In this document: positions 51,541-63,200 of the stretch, piece after piece
How the letters are laid out: each line of letters begins with the position of its first letter
Numbering within the stretch: the stretch's first letter is position 1
Assembly (NCBI RefSeq): GCF_000143415.4
Contig: NW_003314269.1
Location: forward strand, 2,301,544 to 2,365,543
DNA length: 64,000 bases
Direction of reading: 5' to 3'
From: Selaginella moellendorffii
Lineage: Eukaryota; Plantae; Lycopodiophyta
Notes under the pieces: model-generated
Seen by the model: only the letters and a program-made list of their open reading frames with translations
Told to the model about the DNA's origin: nothing
Databases searched by the model: none
Translations under genes and position numbers: made by a program

Positions 51541-51987
51541 CGCCAATCCCTCGTCCAAGCAGGAAGTACACACAAATGTTGACTTCCACGTAGAAAAACA
51601 AGGGTTCAAACTATTTTCCCTGTCTTTAGGGCTTTTAGATCGGACGGCTGGTATCGCTCCCCTGCTTTTAGGGCTCTTCCAGAGAACGAGACACTCTCTC
51701 CGACGAACAGGGCAACAGTGGTCACTGGTACGGTGCGAGAGAGGAGGCCTTCATTAAATGCCATAAAAAATCCCTCTCTTAGAAGTTTGGAGTAGCGGCC
51801 ATCAAGGAGAATTGGGCTGGAATTCCTTCCTCTCCTCCGCCGCGATCTGGATCTAGGACCGATTGGCGCCTCTTCCTCCTCCCGAGAAGAATCTCGCCGC
51901 CCAGTCCATCAACCGGATTCGCGACAGTGGGAGAGGATGTGAGGGGGGACAAGGGCGAGCGCCGCGCGGAGATCGATCGACCAGGCA

Positions 51988-54068
51988 ATGTGTGTGCTGT
52001 CGATCCTGATTGTGCTGCTACTGGGCCGAGTCGAGGCGAGCGTGGGCAGATCTCCACGCCACCGCCACACCCACCATGAATTCTCGCTTAGGGCTCCTCA
52101 TGGTGGGGGATCGCCAGCGCCAGCTCCGGGCTGCTGCTCGCCGCGGAGCCTGCCCAAGCGCCCGCACAGCGTGTCGATCACCGATTTTGGCGCAGTGGGC
52201 GACGGCCGGATCGTCAACACGCTCGCGTTCCAGAATGCGATCTTCTACCTCAAATCTTTCGCGGACAAGGGCGGGGCGCAGCTCTACGTTCCTCGCGGCC
52301 GATGGCTCACCGGGAGCTTCAATCTAACCAGCCATCTCACGCTCTTTCTCGAGGAAGGGGCGGTCATTCTTGGATCTCAGGTAGTGTTTCTCTTCTTCTT
52401 CCTCTATTTGCATTGCATGAAAGCAAGAGAAGAGAAAGCTTTCTACTCTTCTCTCTTCTTGTTCTCCCATTTCTCTTTCTCCAAGCCTTTACTGCTACTG
52501 TTCTTCTGTGCGTGGTGCAGAGTTTTTCCTTCTGGAAAAATTCTCTTTTTTTTCTCTCTAAATCCTTGGATTGTTCCAATGCTCATCCCTGGGTGTCTCA
52601 AGAATTTTCTACTCCAGCTTAACTTTTGCCCAAGTTTGAGCTAGAAAAACTAGTGTAAAAAAGTACCAGTCCTTTCTGGTTGCTGTCCAGCTTGCTGCAT
52701 CGCGTCAGGCTTTGTTGAGCAGTCCAAAAACTAATTTTTTCTTAGTCGCCAAAGTTCTAAGTCTTTCCACCCTCACAGGACTTACTGGAATGGCCAGTTA
52801 TCCCTGCGTTGCCGTCGTATGGACGAGGCCGAGAACTCCCTGGCGGAAGACACATTAGCTTGATCCATGGGAAGAACATGGTGGACGTGGTTATCACAGG
52901 TATAGTTTTATAGTTTCTTCCTCCTTTGATCGATAGTTTTAGTTTCTTCCTCATTTGATCGATGATATGATATGCATAGTTCCTCGTTAAACGCAAGCTT
53001 CCTGTTCTTCTTTCCAGGCGCGAATGGCACGATCGATGGACAAGGCTCAGTGTGGTGGGACTGGTTCCACAACAAGACACTGGATTTCACGAGAGGCCAT
53101 CTGGTGGAGCTCATTGATTCCCGGCACATCACAATCTCAAACGTTACGTTCAAGAACTCCCCGTTTTGGACTATCCATCCGGTTTACTGCAGGTTTGCTC
53201 TTTCATGTCCTTCTCTCGGGAAGAAAACTTTGACGTGATCTTTTGCAGCGACGTCTTGATCCAGGACGTGACCATCTTAGCTCCTCCATACGCTCCAAAC
53301 ATCGATGGAATAGATCCCGGTAAAAAAAAATCTTTTTTTTTGGGTTCCTCGCGTTTGCAAAGCGAAAGCTCTAACTTCCGGAGATATATAGATTCATCGT
53401 CGAACGTTTGCATCCGGGACTGCTACATTTCCACCGGGGACGATCTCATCTCGATCAAAAGCGGCTGGGACGAGCACGGCATCAACTACGGCATGCCGAG
53501 CACCAACGTTTGCATCCACAACGTCTCGGGACAAAGCCCGACGAGCGCCGGGATCGCGTTTGGCAGCGAGATGTCTGGCGGGATCAGCGACGTTTTCATC
53601 AAGAGCGTGAGGGTGGCCAACTCGAGGAGTGGCATCCGGATCAAAACAGGCGCCGGGCGGGGCGGCTACATCACCAACATCTCCATCTCGGACCTCCAGC
53701 TCGAGAACGTAAGCGTGGCCTTCGACTTCACTGCCTTGTATGGAGGACACCCCGACGATGGTTACGATCCTCGAGCTCTTCCAGTGATACGAGGGATCTC
53801 CATCAGGGACGTGGTTGGACACGAGATCGGCTGGGCCGGGTGCATGGCCGGACTGGAAGAAGCTCCATTCCGCGACCTTTGCTTCGCCAACGTCTCCTTG
53901 TCGGTGGGAGCTGGAGCGTGGAATTGCTCCAATACGTATGGATTCTCGGAGAGGGTGGTGCCATCGCCGTGCTTGGAGCTGGACAGGAAGCAGCAGCAGG
54001 ACGGTGGCTTTTGCTTTGGAGAGGCGAGTTCGTGCTTCGAAGCTATCCGGCAGTACGATTCTTCCTAG
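51988..54068 (+). CDS. Polygalacturonase-like glycoside hydrolase family 28
   Basis: Signal peptide, SITDFGAVGDG, WLTGSFNLTSH, PSYGRGRELPG, NIDGIDP, GDDLISIKSGWD, GSEMSGG, RIKT. Confidence 0.93.
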
Positions 54069-54599
54069 GATCTGGGAGCTGATTCATGCGACGGGAGACC
54101 ACGGAGCGATCGAACGACCAGCTAGTGATCGGCTAGAAGAAGAAGAAGAAGAGGAACAAGAAGGAAGATCAGAGGAGGGAGAAAAGCTTCCAGCGGCTTG
54201 TGAATAATTCTTTAGCGACAGGCAGGGCGCGACGAAGCCTTTTGATCATGGGATGTGAATAGGCACAGGAGGCATCGAGAGAGCTTTCTTCTCAAGAAGC
54301 TGGCATTTTTTTTTTTCTCTATTTTTTCTAAAAGTATGCGTTTATAGGAAACGCCTAGAGAAATAAGCCACGAACTAAATGCAAAGTGATATCTTCGTTC
54401 TTAAGACCTTGCTTTTCCTTTCTTTTCCTTGGCTTTGCTTGCTCCAATCGTCACAAAGATGGCCGCGGCGGCGTAGAATCCTTCGGTGCTGGGCTCGCGC
54501 AAGCACCAGTTAGCTTCCAATCGAAATCTCTGTGACACCATACAATCCCCCCATCTGACGCATCGGACAACACAAACTCCGAGCCATCCTTTCCCTTTG

Positions 54600-55200
54600 T
54601 TTCTTCTTTCTTCGTCCTCTTCGTCTTCGTTCACACGGCGCGGACTTCCACCTCCAGCCCCGCGGCCACCGCGGCGGAATAGACGTGCCCCTGCACGTAG
54701 AGATGCTTGCATGGGAAGCCCAGCGTCAAGCTTTGCCCCGCCGCCACCTAGGAGCGTGAAAAATCGAGCCTGATCTTGGCTTGGCGGGAGCAGTGTGATA
54801 TTTCCCATGGAGATTGTATGTTAGTGTCAAGCAGTGGCCAGCCGTCACCTCTACAACTTCGTTCTCGCAGCCCAGCCGATCGCTTGATCGCTTCCAGACC
54901 CAAACGTTTAACCACGATCTCTCCGGCCGAGTGGCAGCAAGGGGAGCGAGACAACGAGCGAAGCCAGCACTTGGATCTCGCCACCATCGCCAGGAAGCTT
55001 GGAGGAATCGTGCTGACCGTAGACGCTGAGCTTGTGGAGCTTGGGGACGAGTGACTTGATCTCGCCGCTGGCCGGGAGAAGGAGCGCCTTGATGTCCAAA
55101 GCGCGAAATCACTGCTCTCCCTGCTCGCAGGGCTGCAAGCCGTGTTGCTAATCCCTGGTTTCCACCATCCTCACCTGGTAACGCGATGCTCCTCTACGCC
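54600..55200 (-). pseudogene. 2OG-Fe(II) oxygenase-like pseudogene
   Basis: PKLHKLSVYG, ASLVVSLP, CENEVVEVTAGHCLTLTYNL, LGFPCKHLYVQ in shifting frames. Confidence 0.65.
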
Positions 55201-55314
55201 GATGATCCATGAGCTTCTTTGTAGGAAATCCCAGTCCAACAAAAGGCATATACTTATAATTCTTCTTAACATATAATTAATTAATTTATATTAGTGAAAA
55301 ATAGAAAATGAAAA

Positions 55315-56986
55315 TCAAGACCAACATTCTGATTCTAGCTGAAGCTCGGGACATGGCGGAGGAGAAACATGCCGCGAATATCCCTCTATGTAGCTACAGT
55401 TCCAATGGTTGCTCTTCCCATTCAGCTCCAAGGCCACATCGGTGAAGCAAGTGTGGCGAAATGGCGACTGTGGCACCCCGCGAAAGTCACCCGCGCGGTT
55501 AACCCTCATCCCAACCACGTCCCGGAACGAGATATTCTCGATGGTAGCGAACGCGCTGGCGTTATACCCGGCGTCCGGGTGGTCACCATAGATCCCAGTG
55601 AAAGAAAACGCGACCCCGGTGTCGAGTATCTCAAAGCTCGCAAAGCTCGCGTTTCTGATGTAAGCCCCCCGGCCCGCGGAGGTCTTGATGTGGATGCCCT
55701 GTACGGCCCCGGAGATGGAGACGCCGTACGCGTGGACGTTGTAGATGCCCCCGGACATCTCGCTGCCCAGGGAGATACCGTGGGAGCCGCTGACGGTCAG
55801 GTTGACGAGGAAAACGTCGTGGCTGGGACGGTTGAAGGCCAGGCCGTACTCGTCCCAGCCGCTCTTGACGGCCACTGCGTCGTCACCGTTGCTTATGTAC
55901 GTGTCGCGGATGCACACGTTGGAGCTGGAGTCTGCGGGGGAATATACACCCATGGTCAGCGCGGGATTGACTAGAAAGTTGACTAGAAGTCAAAGTGGCT
56001 CTAGCTATCAGCCAAAGCAAAGCTAGATTCCGTCTTATTTTATAGAGGGGAGAATGATCTAACCTGGATCGACTCCATCCGTATTGGGCGCCTTGTGAGG
56101 TGCCAAAATGGTGACTCCTTTGATCATCACGTCACTGGGCAAGAAAAAGAGGAGAAGAAAAGCTCTTCTTTTAATGCCAAGGATGGCTCATAATACCTCG
56201 TGTAGACGGGATGGAGCGTCCAAAAGGGCGAGTTGATCAAGGTAACGTTGTGGACGAGGATGTTGGAGGAGAACATAAACTCGACGAGGGAGCCCCGGGT
56301 GTGCTGGAGGGTTTTGGAGCGGAATCGGTTCCACCAGACGAGGCCTTGGCCATCGATGGTGCCATTGTTTCCTGGAAAAATCAAGTGTTTTCCAATCGAT
56401 CACTAAGCGTTTATAAATACCCGTGATCGCGACGTCGGTGATCCTCAGCCCATGAAGCAAGCTCGTGTATCTCTTCCCTGGAAGCTCTCTTCCTCGCCCA
56501 TACGATGGCAAGGGATCGACCACGGGCCAATCTTGAGGATCCTGCGAAGAAATCCAGAAAAAAATCGGAATTTTTTTTTCCGTGCTAGAACTCTTCTCTT
56601 ACCTCGGAGGCGAGGATTGTGGCGTCCTGTTCCAAAAAGAGAGTCATGTGGCTCGTGAGATTGAAGCATCCGGTGAGCCATTTGCCTCGCGGGATGTAGA
56701 GGGTCGCGCCTCCCAGCTTGCCAAAGCTGCCAATGTGATCGATCGCCTTCTGGAACGCCTTGGTATTAAGCGTGATCCCATCGCTCACTCCCCCAAAATC
56801 GGCGATGGAGAAAACGCGCGGCCGCGCCCTCGATAGCCCCGGGACCAGCCTGCTCTCCACGCTGTTGCATCCCTGGATCGCCGGCGAGCAATCACCCATC
56901 AGGAACAGCGATGGCGATGCTAGGATGATGATCAACAAGAGAATCCTCGTTGCGGGATTCACTCTCCCATGAATCTCAAGCTCCAT
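55315..56986 (-). CDS. Polygalacturonase-like GH28, second paralog, convergent with the first
   Basis: SIADFGGVSDG, WLTGCFNLTSH, PSYGRGRELPG, NTDGVDP, GDDAVAVKSGWD, SHGISLGSEMSGG, HIKT. Confidence 0.93.
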
Positions 56987-57364
56987 CAGTCGATCGATAC
57001 CAAATTCTTCCTTTCCTCTCTGTTTTGTTTTTGGACGTGGCGGCCCCAAAGGAATTTCTAAGCAGCAAAAAGAAGATGTCGCAGGGAAACGACAGCGAAA
57101 GATCGCTGGGCAGCCGTCGATACAGCGAATCCAACGGCCCCAGCGCTTCTTCCCCACCTTATAGCTCTCGTGACTTGTAAGTGCTCTGCCAAATCTTTTT
57201 TTCCTCCTTTGTGTCTGTGCGTCGCGGTTTTCTCTTGAATTTCCACTGCGATTGGTATCTTTCGCTCATAAATCACGAGAGCTCTGGAATCACTGCGTTT
57301 GATTGCAACCTCTTCAAATCCAAATCGTGGGATAGATGGTTTAGTACCAAATCATCTTCTTTTT

Positions 57365-58198
57365 CTAGCTTGAAGCAGTGGCAAGCATCATCCCGATCGC
57401 ATCAAACGACTTGTCCGTCACGGTGCTCGCTCCATCCAGCATCAGCTCATGCCCGCTCACGAACCGCGAGTCCTCGCTAGCCAAGAACACGGCCGCATTG
57501 GCAACATCCTCCACGCTCAGCGCACTCTCCAAATCCTCTCCATACCTGAGCGTCGTCGCCTTAGATGCCACAGCCCTGGCCCCATTCTCGTCCATCCCGG
57601 GCACAGCCTTGCGGAAGTAGCGCACAAACGCGGGCGTGGGAATGGCGCCCGGGGAGATGGCATTTGCCCGGATCCCATACCGCCCGAGCTGGACGGCGGC
57701 TGTCCGGGTTAGCCCGACCACCGCGTGCTTGCTGGCGGTGTACGCCAGCGGTGCGATGCCGGCGGCGCCCGTGACGTTGCTGGCCGTGTTGATGATGACG
57801 CCGGAGCCGCGCGGTACCATGTGCCGCGCGGCGTGCTTCATGCCCAGCGCCACGCCCGCCACGTTGACCGACATGACCCGGTCAAACGCGCGGATGTCGA
57901 GATCCCGGACGTCGCGGCCGCCGGGCTCCCCGACGCCGGCATTGTTCATCATGATGTCGAGGCGGCCGTGTCGGGCAACCGCCGTGTTGACCAGGGCCTC
58001 CACGCCGGCCTCGTCGGCCACGTCGCAGTGGACGAATGTGGCTCGCGGCCCGATCGCGGCGCAGACCTTCTGGCCGAGCTCGTCCTGGACGTCGCCCACG
58101 ATGACGAAGGCGCCGTGTGCTGCGAATTTGATCGCGATGGCCTCGCCGATGCCGCTGGCTCCGCCCGTCACGATCGCCACTTTGTCTTGCAGCTTCAT
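57365..58198 (-). CDS. Classical short-chain dehydrogenase/reductase (ABA2/TS2/secoisolariciresinol dehydrogenase-like group), intronless
   Basis: VAIVTGGASGIG, NNAG, NTAS, YTASK, DVANAAVFLAS. Confidence 0.92.
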   Translation of the reverse strand: MKLQDKVAIVTGGASGIGEAIAIKFAAHGAFVIVGDVQDELGQKVCAAIGPRATFVHCDVADEAGVEALVNTAVARHGRLDIMMNNAGVGEPGGRDVRDLDIRAFDRVMSVNVAGVALGMKHAARHMVPRGSGVIINTASNVTGAAGIAPLAYTASKHAVVGLTRTAAVQLGRYGIRANAISPGAIPTPAFVRYFRKAVPGMDENGARAVASKATTLRYGEDLESALSVEDVANAAVFLASEDSRFVSGHELMLDGASTVTDKSFDAIGMMLATASS

Positions 58199-58512
58199 CT
58201 CTTGATCGAATCTAATGATCTGAGAAGGTTCCAAGATCAAGAAGAGATTTAGTGGACGAACACTCTCTACTTTGATATGCAGTGCCGGATGGATCAGTGG
58301 ACAAGATGGAGCCTACCTTCTCGATCAAGTAGTCACTAGGTTGAGAGGAAAAACCTTTGAATCACTGCAACATTTGCATTTCCAACTACGATTACCTGAG
58401 ATCCCCGCCGAGATCCTATCAAATGCCGGCTTTGCCCTGGAGCTTTTCCCCACACTCTTCTGCTCTATATAGCGTGCTCTATCCGCAAATGCAGCTGCGG
58501 ACACCACAAAAG

Positions 58513-60282
58513 TCAAGATGGAGTATTTTGATGTTTCATTGTCATGTGGCCACCCACATTATTGAGCAACACGTAGACCGCTCGGCCGCGAGGATTCGAA
58601 CGAAGCACCTCTTTGGCCGCTGCGTTTGCGATGGTCTTCTTCTCCTTGTGACCCAAACAAGCTGCGAGCAGGCACGTCCAGTCGAACACATCCGGCTCGA
58701 ACGGCATATGCTTGATGAGATCCTCCGTGTCGTCCAGATGCCCGGCTCGTCCCAGCAGATCGACCATGCAACAGTAATGCTGCCTCGTCGGCCGCAGCCC
58801 GAAATCCACAACCATGGATCGGAAGTACTGCCGCCCAGCATACACTCTCCCGGCATGGCTGCAAGCAACGAGTATAGAGTTGAAGCACAGCTCCTCGGGA
58901 GGAAAGATGGGCTTCATTCTCTCAAACACTTCAAATGCCTCTGTGTAGCGGCCGTTGTGGGCGTGTGCTGCCAGCATGGCAGTCCACAGCACCAAATCCA
59001 GCTCCGGAATTGCCCGAAACAGCTCGCTGGCAATGCTGACGTGCCCGTTCTGGGCATATGCCACGAGCAGCGCCGTCCACGTCACCTGGTTTCGTTGTGG
59101 CATGTCATCAAACAGGTGCTTTGCTTCGCTCAAACACTCGTGTTGAGCGTATGCTGACATCATCCCCGTCCATGTCATGACATCCTTGAGAGGCATGCAG
59201 TCAAACAGGCATTTTGCTTTCTCAAGGTGCCCGGATTGGGCATATCCAGTCAGCATTGCGTTCCAGCTTACGAGGTCTCTGTGTGGCATCTTTACGAGTA
59301 TATCTTCTGCTTCCATAAGTTTTCCTGCTTCTAGATAGACTGTCAGCATAAGCGTCCAGGATACCAAGTCGTGCTCTGGCATTCTAAGATATATTTGCCT
59401 AGCTTTCTCGAGATGCCCGGTTTGGGTATATGCCGTAAGAAGAGAGTTCCAGGCTACTAGATCTGTTTGTGGGAGGTTTTCAAACAATGTTTTAGCATCG
59501 TTGATGTTTCCGGCTCCGGAATACATCACCAAAACTGAGCTGCAAGAAATTAAATCCCACTCTGGCATATTTTCAAAAAAGATTTCATGCGCTTGAGAGA
59601 TATGCCCGGTTTGGGCATAACCACAGAGCAGTGTCGCCCACGAGACCATGTCCCTCAGCGCCATGCCCTCAAAGATCTTCTTGGCATCCCGCAAGATTCC
59701 TCCATTCACATATGCCGAGAGAATAGCATTGTAGGATATCATGTCGGGTTCTGGGATCCTGTCAAAAACACTTTTGGCTGATTCAAGGTGCCCAGCTTGG
59801 GCATATGCTGAAAGAATCGAGTTCCATGACAATATACTGCGGTGGGGCATAAGATCAAACACCTGACGTGCCTTTTCAAGATGCCCGTTCTTGGCATATG
59901 CTGAAAGCATAGAATTCCAAGCAGGCGCGTCTTTGCTGGGCATCTGGTGAAACATGCGCTCCGCTTCTTCGAGATATCCAAAGGAGGCATACGCCACCAA
60001 CATGGCCGTCCACGCCACAAGATTCCTGGAAGGCATTCTCTCAAACAGCTGCTCAGCATCTCGCAGATGCCCATTCTGGGTATATGCGACGAGCATAAAG
60101 TTCCAGGAATAAGAATCTCGGGACGCTCCAATGGCATCAAAGATCCTCCGCGCTCCATATACGTTTCCCTTTCTTCCATGGACTTTGATCTGCTCGTTGA
60201 GGGACGAGACTCTCAAATCCAGATCGGTAAACGAAGAGACCTCTAGCGCTGCTCGAATCGAGGAGGGATTACTAAAGATCAA
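58513..60282 (-). CDS. PLS-class PPR protein with a long tandem S/SS array and an E-type end; start codon uncertain
   Basis: Many 31-aa repeats (SWNxxLxAYAQxGHLxxAKxxFDxMP); HYCCMVDLLGRAG. The ORF-track start at 60282 is TTG and the first ATG lies inside the repeats. Confidence 0.82.
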   Translation of the reverse strand: MIFSNPSSIRAALEVSSFTDLDLRVSSLNEQIKVHGRKGNVYGARRIFDAIGASRDSYSWNFMLVAYTQNGHLRDAEQLFERMPSRNLVAWTAMLVAYASFGYLEEAERMFHQMPSKDAPAWNSMLSAYAKNGHLEKARQVFDLMPHRSILSWNSILSAYAQAGHLESAKSVFDRIPEPDMISYNAILSAYVNGGILRDAKKIFEGMALRDMVSWATLLCGYAQTGHISQAHEIFFENMPEWDLISCSSVLVMYSGAGNINDAKTLFENLPQTDLVAWNSLLTAYTQTGHLEKARQIYLRMPEHDLVSWTLMLTVYLEAGKLMEAEDILVKMPHRDLVSWNAMLTGYAQSGHLEKAKCLFDCMPLKDVMTWTGMMSAYAQHECLSEAKHLFDDMPQRNQVTWTALLVAYAQNGHVSIASELFRAIPELDLVLWTAMLAAHAHNGRYTEAFEVFERMKPIFPPEELCFNSILVACSHAGRVYAGRQYFRSMVVDFGLRPTRQHYCCMVDLLGRAGHLDDTEDLIKHMPFEPDVFDWTCLLAACLGHKEKKTIANAAAKEVLRSNPRGRAVYVLLNNVGGHMTMKHQNTPS

Positions 60283-63200
60283 TCAGGTCGTGATAGATGT
60301 TTGCCATGGAAACGTAAGTGGCAGCATCGCCTTGACCCAGCTCCAGCAAAGAATCAAACGCCACCTTTCCAACCACAGCGTTCTTCCACTTCCCACACGC
60401 CGCAAGAACCGTCATCCAAGTCACTCCATTCGCCTCAAACGGCATGGATTCCACCACCGCCATCGCCTCCTCCAGCCGGTTCGCTCGCCCAAGAAGATCA
60501 ACCATGCAGTGGTAGTGCTCCAGCGAGGGAGCCACGCCACAGCTGGAGCTCATACTCTCGAAGATCTCCCTCCCTTTGTCCACGAGCCCCGCACGGCTAC
60601 ACGCGGTGAGAACCGACGCTAGCGTGATCTCGTCCGGACGCAAGCCTTCTTCCCGGAACCTCGGAAACAAGCCAAGAACGCTAGCGGCGTCTCCCTGGCG
60701 AGCATACCCGGCTAGAATTGCGTTCCAGGTGACCAAGTCGCGCTTCACTCGAGCGATGGTGTCAAACTCTCGCTGAGCCGCCGCCATGCTACCGCATTTC
60801 CCATAGACGTCCACCAGCGAGCTCTCCAGCACGACGTTTCGATCGATCCCCCGCCGCAGGAGCTCCGAGTGGATAGATCTCGCGATGCCCAGCGATGCCA
60901 CCGCGCTGCAAGCCTTGAGAGCCGCCACCAAAGTCCGGGAGTTTGGACGAGGAGATCCTCCGCTTCCACTTCCCATGCACGAGAAAAGCTCGAGAGCTAG
61001 CTCCGCCTCGGCGTTCTCGGCATAGCCCAGGATCAGTGTGTTCCAGGACGAGTCGCTGTGGATCATCGCCCTGTCAAACACTCTCCGCGCGTCCACCAGG
61101 CTTCCACACCTGGCGTACATGTCGATCAGAGTGTTCGCCACCATTGTGTTGGAGCTGTGATCGCTTCTCTCCACCTGGGAGTGAATCGCCATGCCGGATC
61201 GCAGTGACTCCACCTTGACGGTTCTTCCATCGATCTTTGCTGCTCCCACCTTCTCCTTGGCCGCCAGGCCAGTGCAGGCTTTGATGGCCGCGACGAAGGC
61301 TGGGACGCTTGCTACGTAGCCTTTCCTCGACTGCAAGCTCGCGAAAATTTCCAGACCCGCCAGCTCCTCGCCACCCTCGGCGTAGCCTTGGATGAGAGCG
61401 GTCCATGCCGAAAGATTGAGGCCGGGGATCTTGTCGAAAACTTTGCGAGCGTCAACCAGGCTGCCACACTTCGCGTACATCTCCACCAAAGTGCTCGCCA
61501 CGAAAACGTCCGAGTCGCAGCAGCCACTCTTCTCGGCTTGGAGATGGATCGCCATGCCTGTTTCCAGCGAGAGCTTCTTCTTTTCGGCCTGGTTCTCGTC
61601 TTCCTTGGATGCAAGAACTACACACCCCTTGAGCGCTGCGAAGAAAGTCCGAGCATCCGGAGCTTGGCCTTCCTTCTCCATGCGAGAGAAGAGATTCAAA
61701 CACTTCTCGCCTTCTCCGTTTTCGGAGTATCCCAGCATCAAAGCGTTCCACGAGACCGTGTTGCGGCGACGAATCCTCTCGAAAGTCCTGCGAGCGTCCA
61801 CCAGGCTCCCACACTTCGCGAGCAAATCCACTGCCGAGTTTGCCACGAAGATGTCCTCCTGGAAACCACTTTCCACAGCCTCGCAGTAGATGTTTCTAGC
61901 TCGTTCCAGTGACTTGAGCTTGAAACTCTGCTCGTCATCTTTGGTGGCCTCCTCCTTCGCTGCCAGGCCGGAGCAAGCACTCATCGCAGCGACAAAGCTT
62001 AGAGCGCTTGGAGCGATGGACGAGCGCATGCACGAGAAGAGTTCCAGAGCGAGCTCGTGTTCGCCATTCTCGGCGTATCCCATCACCAAGGCCGTCCATG
62101 AAACCGTGGTATGAAACTCCATCCTGTCGAAAACTCTGCGAGCATCCAGCGTGCTCCCACACTTGGCGTAAACGTCGAGTAGAGTGTTTGCCACGAAGAT
62201 GTCCGAGGTAAGCCCTCCACACTCGAGCTCCAAAGCCATAACTTTTTCCAGGGACAGAAGCTTGACAAGCTTTCCTTCGATTAGATCGCCATCTTCTTTC
62301 GCCCCCAGGGCAGCGCAGGCCTTCAATCCAGCGACGAACGTCAAGGCATTAGGACTCTCCACGCGTGGGAGAAGCTCCAAAGCCAGAGCTCCTTCTTCGT
62401 TCTCTGCGTAGCCGAGAACCAAAGCCGTCCAGGAAACTACACTGTGACTCGCCATCCTGTCGAAAACTCCTCTGGCATCGATCATACTCCCACACTTCGC
62501 ATACATATCCACCAAGCTGCTGGCCACGAAGATATCATCGGCGTTGTGACCAGACCTCACAGCTTCCAAGTGTATATCCATCCCCGTCTCCAGCGACTTT
62601 AGCTTGACAATCCTTCCGCCAACGAGCTTGCCATCTTCTTTCGTTGCAAGGCAAATGCAAGCCTTGAGCGCAGCTAGAAAAGCTCTTGAGTCTCTCGATC
62701 CCATCCTCGCGAAGAGCTCTAGCGCCTTCTCGCCCTGTCCGTGCTCGGCATACCCCAGCATGAGTGCCGTCGCCGATACCACGCAGTCGTAGCTCATCCT
62801 GTCCAGGATCTTGCGAGCTTCTTCCAGATCCCCACACCTCGAGTAAAGATCCACCAGCGAGCTCGCCACAAAGCCTTCCATCTCGCAGCCACACTCCACA
62901 GCCTGGGAGTGGAGAGCCACGGCCTTCTTCAGAGTCTCCACTTTTAAAACTCTCCCCCCACCACCACCACCACCTTGTTCTTCTTGAAGCTTTCCTTCTT
63001 CTCGAGCGGCCAGGCTGCTACAAGCTTTCAGTCCAGCAACCAGAGCTCGAGCTCCAATCGGTCCACAAGCATCGGGTATGCAAGCGAAGAGCTCGAGCGC
63101 AATCTCGGCCTCCCCGTTATCAACGTAACCGAGAACGAGAACAGTCCAGGACACCACCGTGTGCTCCGGCATCGTGTCGAAAACCCTGCGAGCATCCATC

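Noticed and set aside
35131-58198. Possible lignan-type biosynthetic cluster (dirigent, P450, 2OG oxygenase, SDR)
   Set aside because: The dirigent and oxygenase copies look disrupted, the SDR is 20 kb away, and no scaffold-forming enzyme is present.
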